From contig CAZLJX010000003.1 in the NCBI GenBank assembly GCA_964559985.1, positions 109,416 to 173,415 on the forward strand: a stretch of 64,000 bases of DNA. Reading direction: 5' to 3'. The notes beneath the pieces are model-generated. The model saw only the letters and a list, made by a program, of their open reading frames with translations, was not told where the DNA came from and did not search any database. The position numbers and the translations under genes were made by a program. Of this stretch, positions 57,531 to 64,000 are shown piece after piece (within the stretch, counting starts at the first letter, position 1; each line of letters opens with the position of its first letter). The stretch comes from an uncultured Bacteroidales bacterium. Lineage in GTDB: Bacteria > Bacteroidota > Bacteroidia > Bacteroidales > CAZLJX01.

Positions 57531-59927
57531 TTAAATTTTCTTTTGTGTTTCAAGGACTTTGATTTCTTCCTCAAGCGCCCTGATTTGCTTTTCGAGCAAT
57601 TTATCTTCGGTAATGTCAATGACAATTAAAATAATCCGTTTTAAATCATCATATTCCATCACCGGGTTATAATGTTCTTCGAGCCATAATTCACGGGTAT
57701 GAAACTGCATATGCCTTAAACATTTCTGTTGCATGCCTTCATGCAGCGAATCGAAAATGCTTTTAAGCTGGTTTTGTTCCTCTTCTGTTTTGACAATAAC
57801 CTCATCGATCAGTTTACCAATCATCATTTCAGGAGTGCTGCCGTATGACTGAGCAAGTTTTTCGTTAATTTTTATCACAGTACCGTCAATATCGAGCTCA
57901 GCAACAAGGGTTATGACATTAATTGCAGCAAGAATACTACGCAATTCTGCTTCGCGTTTGGCAGTTTCTTCCTGCGTTGCCTGCATCTCTTCAAGGTTCT
58001 GGCGCATTTCCTCTTCCTGCTGGGCAAGTTCATCTTCAAGTTTGCGCGATTGACTTAACAACCTCTCAGTCCGTTGATTCACTTTTATACTTGCTATGGT
58101 TGATGCAATACTTTCGCCCAGTTTTTCAATAAATTCAATCTGGTAAGGTTCAAAAGGAGTAAACGAGACGATTTCAAGTACACCGTAGATATAATCGTTG
58201 AGATTGAGCGGGACTATCAGCACCGATCGTGGATTCTCAGCAATACTGAGACCCTGAACAATATACACATAATCAGGTGGAGCCTGCGGAATATAGATGG
58301 TGATTTTTTCATCAGCAGCTCTTCCAATCAATCCTTCACCGGTATAAACCCGTGCATCGAAAAGTTTGCGTCGTCCATAAGCTACTACCGATGCCAGGTC
58401 GAAAAAGACTTCCTCCGGATTATCATCATTAACAATGAATATTCCACACTGAGCGGTTTTTGCATAATCGGCCAGGTTTTCAGCTACGCTGTGTGCCAGT
58501 GCTTCAAGATTATCGCTGTGTTCGCGCAATATTTCACCAAATTTGGCAAGGCCCTGGGTGACCCAGTTACGTTTATCATCTTCAATTTTTTTCTCCTGTT
58601 CAAGCATCTGAGCGTTGATAAGATTGTTACGCATTTCAATCAACGATTGGCCTAAAATATCTTCATCGCCAAGTGAAACAAATTCTGCTTTCAGGTCACC
58701 CTCTCCTATTTTGTTGGCAAATTCAATGGTTTTATTCAGATTGATGATTAATTCATTAATGGCAAGATTCAATGATCCTATCTCATCGCTTGTCTGTATT
58801 TTATTAATTTTTGAAACATCAATTTCTCCCTGTGACATTTCCTGCAACAGGCGGGTAGTCCGAACAACGGGAGTTACAATACTTTTTGATATAAAGGTAA
58901 TAATGAGTGTCAAGATGATTAAACCAGCCATTCCTACAAATATGTTGTAATAAAAATTGCGGTTTGAAGTTTCAATCAGGGTTCTTTGTGGCACTATCAC
59001 GGCAAACGACCAGGGTGTTGGCGCATTTCCAACAAATACCGGTGCAAACGACATATAGCAATTTTGTTTCAGGAAGGAATCATATGCGTAGAGGGAAAAC
59101 TTTTTACCGTTTTTAATATTTTCAGATATCTTATTTTTATCTATATCGCCCGTAAGAAATTCTGTAATGTTTTTTTCAATCAGTTTAGTATCGGCATGTG
59201 CCACAAAAACCCCGTTGTTGGCAACAAGATAAGCATAACCGGTGCCAAAAGGTTTTATGCCATCAATCATGTTTTTGAAGGTCTGCAAGGGGACATCAAC
59301 ACCAATTACACCCTTAAAGTTGCCATTTTTTATAATGGGTTCTATAATGTTTGTTTGCAATACTTTATCGTTGGTATCGTTGGTGTAGGAATAATAAAAC
59401 GGATTGAGTAAAGTCTCGGACCGGGTATTTTTAGGTATGGTATAGTATTCACCCTGGAAAAGCACTGTGGAAGTGTTTTCCTGCAATAACACCTGGTTTC
59501 CCTTTTTATAATAGGTTGGAGAGAAATTACCTTTGAATGTGTTTCCCGGGGTATTGATCAGCATTGCGTCAAAGTTGTCGATAGTGTTAGGTTCCCATAT
59601 TGTCCAGATAGATATAAAATCATTATTCTGCATTAATACCTTGATGATGGTTTCGCTGAAAAGAACTCTCCGTTTTTTTTCAGGGACAAGGTCATAATTT
59701 TCAAAAATCTGTTTCAGATTACGTGCAGTTACCAGGTATTGCTCAAGATTGGTTTTTACCTGTCTGGCATTTTGCATAGCGTTATTATCGGCCATGGTGA
59801 TGGTATTACGCAGTGTTTGTCTTTTCAGGCTGAGGCTGATATATCCGATTGATATTCCGTATATCACCAGCGAGGTGGCCAGGATAAAAAGCATCATGCG
59901 TGTATTGAGTTTGAGTCGTAGCTTCAT
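57531..59927 (-). CDS. Membrane sensor protein: Cache-like periplasmic domain, TM, HAMP (x2), GAF, coiled coil, PAS; no output domain
   Basis: 798 aa with two TM helices flanking a ~290-aa extracytoplasmic region. HAMP (VVRTTRLLQEMSQGEIDV..SDEIGSLNLAINELI), GAF (GLIGRAADEKITIYIP..VLIVPLNLNDYIYGVLEIVSF), an acidic coiled coil (QQEEEMRQNLEEMQATQEE) and PAS. The protein ends right after the PAS domain. Confidence 0.75.
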   Translation of the reverse strand: MKLRLKLNTRMMLFILATSLVIYGISIGYISLSLKRQTLRNTITMADNNAMQNARQVKTNLEQYLVTARNLKQIFENYDLVPEKKRRVLFSETIIKVLMQNNDFISIWTIWEPNTIDNFDAMLINTPGNTFKGNFSPTYYKKGNQVLLQENTSTVLFQGEYYTIPKNTRSETLLNPFYYSYTNDTNDKVLQTNIIEPIIKNGNFKGVIGVDVPLQTFKNMIDGIKPFGTGYAYLVANNGVFVAHADTKLIEKNITEFLTGDIDKNKISENIKNGKKFSLYAYDSFLKQNCYMSFAPVFVGNAPTPWSFAVIVPQRTLIETSNRNFYYNIFVGMAGLIILTLIITFISKSIVTPVVRTTRLLQEMSQGEIDVSKINKIQTSDEIGSLNLAINELIINLNKTIEFANKIGEGDLKAEFVSLGDEDILGQSLIEMRNNLINAQMLEQEKKIEDDKRNWVTQGLAKFGEILREHSDNLEALAHSVAENLADYAKTAQCGIFIVNDDNPEEVFFDLASVVAYGRRKLFDARVYTGEGLIGRAADEKITIYIPQAPPDYVYIVQGLSIAENPRSVLIVPLNLNDYIYGVLEIVSFTPFEPYQIEFIEKLGESIASTIASIKVNQRTERLLSQSRKLEDELAQQEEEMRQNLEEMQATQEETAKREAELRSILAAINVITLVAELDIDGTVIKINEKLAQSYGSTPEMMIGKLIDEVIVKTEEEQNQLKSIFDSLHEGMQQKCLRHMQFHTRELWLEEHYNPVMEYDDLKRIILIVIDITEDKLLEKQIRALEEEIKVLETQKKI

Positions 59928-59937
59928 GGCATTTGGT

Positions 59938-62676
59938 TTATAACAATTCGCTGATGTTTTTAATCAGTTGACGTAATTCTTTTTCCACTTCTTTCCATAA
60001 TTCCTGGATTTCGGTCATTAATTCGGGAATTTCGGTCAGATTGGTTTTTTCAGTAGCATATTTTTCAATGTTTTTCGAATTATTAAGCATGGTTTTCAGA
60101 CCAAGATAGGTCATTTTTGTTTTCAGGGTGCTGGCTTTTGTACGCAACATTTCCCAGTTTTTATCCTTGTAGTACTTATCTATTTCTTCAATTTCTTCGG
60201 GAATAATGGTAATATAAAAGTTAAGGATATTATGAATTTTCTGGGCATCGCCTTTGTATACTTTTACCAGGTAATTCAGATCAATAAACTGAAGATTAAA
60301 CTCCTCGGCTACAAGACGTTCTGCAACTTTGCGTGTTTCAACTCCTTCGGTGTCGGTCAGGCGTTTCGACAGGATATCCCGTTTTTCGATCAGGCTTTTG
60401 ATTTTTTGCCTTTTATTCCGCGATTCGGTAATGTCAAAAGCAAGGCACAATACTTTTACCGGGTTACCGGTAGTGTCAAAAATGGGTGAATATGTTTCAT
60501 CGAGCCATATTTCACGGGTGGCGGTCCTGAAATACTGAATGTTGTTTTTTGTGCGTCCCTGTTTAAGTTCCATCCAGAATTCCTTCAGTTTTTCCTGTTT
60601 TTTCTCATCGGCAATGCGAAAACCAAAAGATTTGCCAATCATCTGGTCTTTATTCACTTTATATATTTTCAGCATGGCATCGTTAACATCAAGTATTTTG
60701 CCATCAATGTCATATTCAATTACCAGTAATGTATTCCTGAGTGCTTCAATGACTCCCCTCATTTCGTTTTCCCGGTTATTGGCTTCTTCCTGGGTGGCCT
60801 GCAGCTCTTCCATATTCTGGCGTATTTCCTCTTCCCGCTGAGCCAGTTCATCGGCCTGAATTTTCGATTGCTCCAGTAATGACGAAGTTTTTACATTGAA
60901 TTTTACCCGCGAAAGGGTAGCGGCAATGCTTACAGCTACTTTTTCAACAAATTTAACCTGGTAGTCTTCAAGCACCTTTATCGATTCAATTTCGAGAATA
61001 CCAACCATGACTTCGTTTAAGATCAACGGAACGATTAAAATGCATAAAGGCTTTGATTTTCCAAGTCCTGAACGGATATCAATATAATGTTCCGGAACCT
61101 CGGTAATGAAAATAGTATCTTTTTCAAGGTAACAGGTTCCCACCAGTGATTCGCCAGGTGCATAAGTCCGTTGTTCATATTTTTCTTTCCCAAAACCGAT
61201 ATACGCTTTCAATTCAATAAAAATATCTTCCGGGTCAACCTCATTAACCATGTAAATACCACCTTCAGAAGCATCGAGATAATGAATTAAAAAGCGGATG
61301 ATATCATAGGTTAGTTTGTTCAGATTATCGTTATTCTGCCTTAAAATTTTCCCGAATTCGGCAAGGCCTACCGAAGTCCAGGTAAGCTGTTCTTCAAGTT
61401 TTTTTCTTGCATCGGCTTCTTCTTTTGACCTTTTAAGGCTGTCGCGCATTTTTATAATAGCCCTGCCAAGGCTATCTTTTTCGCTCAGCTGATGATAATG
61501 TGCATCAAAATTCCCTTTTCCGAATTCACTGGCAAATGCTGCGGTAGTTTGAATGCTTTTTATCAGTGTATCAAGTGAATGCAACATGTCAGCGATTTCG
61601 TCTTTCGATTTCATTGCAACGATTTCAACATCTCTGAAATTCCCTGATGAGAGTTTCCTGATGATTTGAATGGTTCTTTTCAGCGGAATAGTAATGGTAA
61701 GCGTAATAATATATACTACAATGAATAATAGCAACAAACCAAAATATCCTATAATCCAGGCTTTTTCAAGATGGCTGGAAGTCTGGCCGGCAACAGAAGC
61801 AATATTGATTACCACAGCACAACTCCATGAGCAATCGTTTACGATTTCAACAGGGGCAAGGGAAATATAAAGACTGTCATTTCCGTTTTTATTATTCAGA
61901 TTAAAAGAAAATTTCTGCCCCGATTTTATCTTTTCTGTAACAGGTACTGCATTTTTTGAGAACAAATCGAGGCTTTGAAGGCTATTGCCAGTTTTCTCAT
62001 GCTGCGGATGGGTAACAATATCGCCCTGGGCAGATAATAAAATAACATACCCTTTTCCAAAAGGATGTAACGAATCAGTCATCCTTTGAAAACATTCAAG
62101 ATCAATACCGGCTCCAATATATCCGGCAATTTCATTATGCTTTTTCAAAGGGACAATGACATAGGAAACAAAATTCTCATCAATTTTTTTTGACGTATAG
62201 GTTTTAAAAACAGGCCTGGTAATCCATGCATCTTTTCCGGACGGAAATTTCAGATCTTCGTCAAACTGAAAAATAGTGCTTTTAGGTCTTACAAATTGCT
62301 GTACTGGCAGCAAAACTGAATCTGAACCATTAACCGATGGGTTCCAGCCAAGGCATGTGGCAACGAAGTCTTTGTTGTTCAGCAACATATTATTAAGTAA
62401 CCCACGATTAAAATCTGTATTTATCTGGTTTTCTATTGTGTTATCCTGTATTATAACATAGGAATGGGTATACAGTGAGTTAAAATACTGATTAAAAACA
62501 GACCGGAAATCTTTGGCATATTGTTGGGCATAGGCATCGGCCACAAACCTGGAGTTGGTTACAGCCGAATTTTTAAAATGGTTTATAATCAGGTTTATAG
62601 CAAGGAAATAAATCAAAGCTGAAACTCCCAGGATATACATTAGCATTTTAAAAAGTAAGCTGAATCTGATCTTCAT
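59938..62676 (-). CDS. Paralogous membrane sensor (Cache-HAMP-GAF-coiled coil-PAS) with extra C-terminal HPt-like domain
   Basis: 912 aa with the same architecture as its neighbours. It has an added C-terminus, IDLNYLVKVYKGDAQKIHNILNFY..WEMLRTKASTLKTKMTYLGLKTM, that resembles an HPt four-helix bundle. Confidence 0.75.
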   Translation of the reverse strand: MKIRFSLLFKMLMYILGVSALIYFLAINLIINHFKNSAVTNSRFVADAYAQQYAKDFRSVFNQYFNSLYTHSYVIIQDNTIENQINTDFNRGLLNNMLLNNKDFVATCLGWNPSVNGSDSVLLPVQQFVRPKSTIFQFDEDLKFPSGKDAWITRPVFKTYTSKKIDENFVSYVIVPLKKHNEIAGYIGAGIDLECFQRMTDSLHPFGKGYVILLSAQGDIVTHPQHEKTGNSLQSLDLFSKNAVPVTEKIKSGQKFSFNLNNKNGNDSLYISLAPVEIVNDCSWSCAVVINIASVAGQTSSHLEKAWIIGYFGLLLLFIVVYIITLTITIPLKRTIQIIRKLSSGNFRDVEIVAMKSKDEIADMLHSLDTLIKSIQTTAAFASEFGKGNFDAHYHQLSEKDSLGRAIIKMRDSLKRSKEEADARKKLEEQLTWTSVGLAEFGKILRQNNDNLNKLTYDIIRFLIHYLDASEGGIYMVNEVDPEDIFIELKAYIGFGKEKYEQRTYAPGESLVGTCYLEKDTIFITEVPEHYIDIRSGLGKSKPLCILIVPLILNEVMVGILEIESIKVLEDYQVKFVEKVAVSIAATLSRVKFNVKTSSLLEQSKIQADELAQREEEIRQNMEELQATQEEANNRENEMRGVIEALRNTLLVIEYDIDGKILDVNDAMLKIYKVNKDQMIGKSFGFRIADEKKQEKLKEFWMELKQGRTKNNIQYFRTATREIWLDETYSPIFDTTGNPVKVLCLAFDITESRNKRQKIKSLIEKRDILSKRLTDTEGVETRKVAERLVAEEFNLQFIDLNYLVKVYKGDAQKIHNILNFYITIIPEEIEEIDKYYKDKNWEMLRTKASTLKTKMTYLGLKTMLNNSKNIEKYATEKTNLTEIPELMTEIQELWKEVEKELRQLIKNISELL

Positions 62677-62685
62677 TTTCCTGTA

Positions 62686-64000
62686 TTATTTACCGGTTTT
62701 TTTATGTAGCATATTTTCAGTTATATCAACAGCAATATTGATTACTTTATAGGGATTTCCGTTAGCATCGGGAATAGGAGCATAAATTTCTGACAACCAT
62801 TTTTCTTCGCCTTTCAGGGTCAGTATTTTTTGAATTTTCTTTTGGGTATTGTTATTCCTGAGTTCGTTCCAGAACATTTCTTTTTCATGTTTATCTTCCA
62901 TATTATCAGAAAATGACCCCTGGTAACGTCCTACCATTTGTTCACGTGTGCAACCCAATAGGTCTAAGAAATTGCTGTTTATTTCAATAATTTTTCCGTT
63001 CAGGTCAAATTCGGCAACAAGCGAAATATCATAAATAGAATCAATAATGGCTTTCATTTCCGATTCACGTTTGGCTGTTTCTTCCTGTGTGGCATGCATT
63101 TCTTCCATGGTTTGCCTCATTTCTTCTTCCTGCTGGGCAAGCATATCGGCCTGCTCGCGTGATTGTTGCAGAAGTGCAGCTGTTTTTTCATTCATTTTGA
63201 CACTTGAAATGGTAGAGGCAATAATTTCACCGATACGTTCACAAAATTCAATTTTATATTTGTCGAGTTGATGAAACGAAGCCAGCTCCATCACGCCCAG
63301 CACTTCATCATTCAGTTTCAGGGGTACAAGTAATAAGCAGGTAGGATTAGCCGTTCCGAGTCCTGAAGTTATTTTAACATAATTTTTCGGAACATCAATC
63401 ATATAAATGGTTTCTTTTTCAAAAGCACACCTTCCTATCATCCCTTCGCCCTGGATAACTTGCTTTTTATCGGTACGGATACGGCCGTATGCTATGGCTG
63501 CTGTCATTTCAAAGTAAATGTTTTCAGGATCGTTGTCGTTCAGAATGTACACCGAACCGATAGGGATATCGATATAGGAAATCAGGTTTTTGACAATTTC
63601 GAACGATAACTGTTTTATATCATTGGTATACGAACGCAATATCTCACCCATCCGGGTTATTCCGGTGGTTATCCACTTTTGTTTCTCTTCTTCTGATTTG
63701 CGTTTTTCTTCTTCTTCGCGGGCATTGATGAGGCTTTTTTGCATCTCGATAAGCGATTTGCCGATACTATCCTCTTCGCTTAGTAATTCAAAATGGGCAT
63801 TCAGATTTCCTTTTCCGATTTGTGTGGCAAATTGTGCAGTACGGCCCAGGCTGTCCATTAAAGTATTGACCGATGTTGCCATCTGTCCAAGTTCATCCTG
63901 CGATTGAATGCCTATATGCGAAGTCGTATCAATTTTTCCCAATGCAAGATTTTTTAGTACTTCTATGGTATGAATAAGCGGGTTGGTGATATTACGGGCA
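62686..64000 (-). CDS. Third paralogous sensor (HAMP-GAF-coiled coil-PAS), N-terminus beyond the right window edge
   Basis: The track starts it at TTG 63942, but the frame stays open to nt 64000 (..ARNITNPLIHTIEVLKNLALGKIDTTSHIGIQSQDELGQMATSVNTL is a HAMP domain). The gene is therefore truncated by the window. Confidence 0.8.
   Translation of the reverse strand, partial: ARNITNPLIHTIEVLKNLALGKIDTTSHIGIQSQDELGQMATSVNTLMDSLGRTAQFATQIGKGNLNAHFELLSEEDSIGKSLIEMQKSLINAREEEEKRKSEEEKQKWITTGITRMGEILRSYTNDIKQLSFEIVKNLISYIDIPIGSVYILNDNDPENIYFEMTAAIAYGRIRTDKKQVIQGEGMIGRCAFEKETIYMIDVPKNYVKITSGLGTANPTCLLLVPLKLNDEVLGVMELASFHQLDKYKIEFCERIGEIIASTISSVKMNEKTAALLQQSREQADMLAQQEEEMRQTMEEMHATQEETAKRESEMKAIIDSIYDISLVAEFDLNGKIIEINSNFLDLLGCTREQMVGRYQGSFSDNMEDKHEKEMFWNELRNNNTQKKIQKILTLKGEEKWLSEIYAPIPDANGNPYKVINIAVDITENMLHKKTGK

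Larger units (their letters stand above)
57531..64000 (-). repeat. Tandem array of three paralogous sensor genes (gene-scale repeat)
   Basis: The three co-directional genes are separated by 10 and 9 nt. All share blocks such as Q(Q/R)EEE(M/I)RQ(N/T)(L/M)EE(M/L)(Q/H)ATQEE and the GAF core. Confidence 0.8.

Overview
This is a Bacteroidota-type chromosome segment. The signs are T9SS C-terminal sorting domains, a PorT homologue, TTTG-N19/20-TAnnTTTG promoters, and the gene order rpsU-xer-hpf-tRNAs-tuf-tRNATrp-secE-nusG-rplKAJL-rpoBC, all on the minus strand. About 85% of the window is ordinary housekeeping. That part covers the transcription/translation core (1-12.1 kb), envelope and cofactor genes (12-42.9 kb: ComEA-like, SNF transporter, Omp85, tcdA, tatD, trmH, porT, ubiE, ddl, rluD, PASTA, Mqn radical-SAM, rpmH, elbB, mpl, hppA, GH25, crp, gcvH, ispD) and rnhB, waaA and nrdJ (52-57.5 kb). 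I added features the ORF track cannot show: the edge-truncated rpoC, the 52-aa rpmH, five tRNAs, several terminators and three promoters. I also corrected several over-extended starts. Two regions stand out. (1) An AT-rich insert of about 9 kb (about 42.9-52.0 kb) lies between ispD and rnhB and holds eight genes with no housekeeping assignment. One is a 1471-aa STAND/AAA_16-type P-loop NTPase with a long TPR-like C-terminus. It is divergently paired with a tightly coupled three-gene operon led by a RelA/SpoT-type HD small alarmone hydrolase and followed by two unknown proteins. Next to these is a four-gene operon of exported proteins (two LPP20-like, one Cys-rich, one thioredoxin-fold). The STAND plus HD-operon pair is my best candidate for an undescribed defence or stress-signalling system. 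That is inference from domain content and context, not a demonstrated function. (2) A tandem array of three paralogous Cache-HAMP-GAF-PAS membrane sensors (57.5-64 kb, the last one truncated by the window) has no recognisable enzymatic output. The middle copy ends in an HPt-like domain whose phospho-accepting His position is Ser. I saw no CRISPR array, rRNA, transposase/IS or prophage genes.
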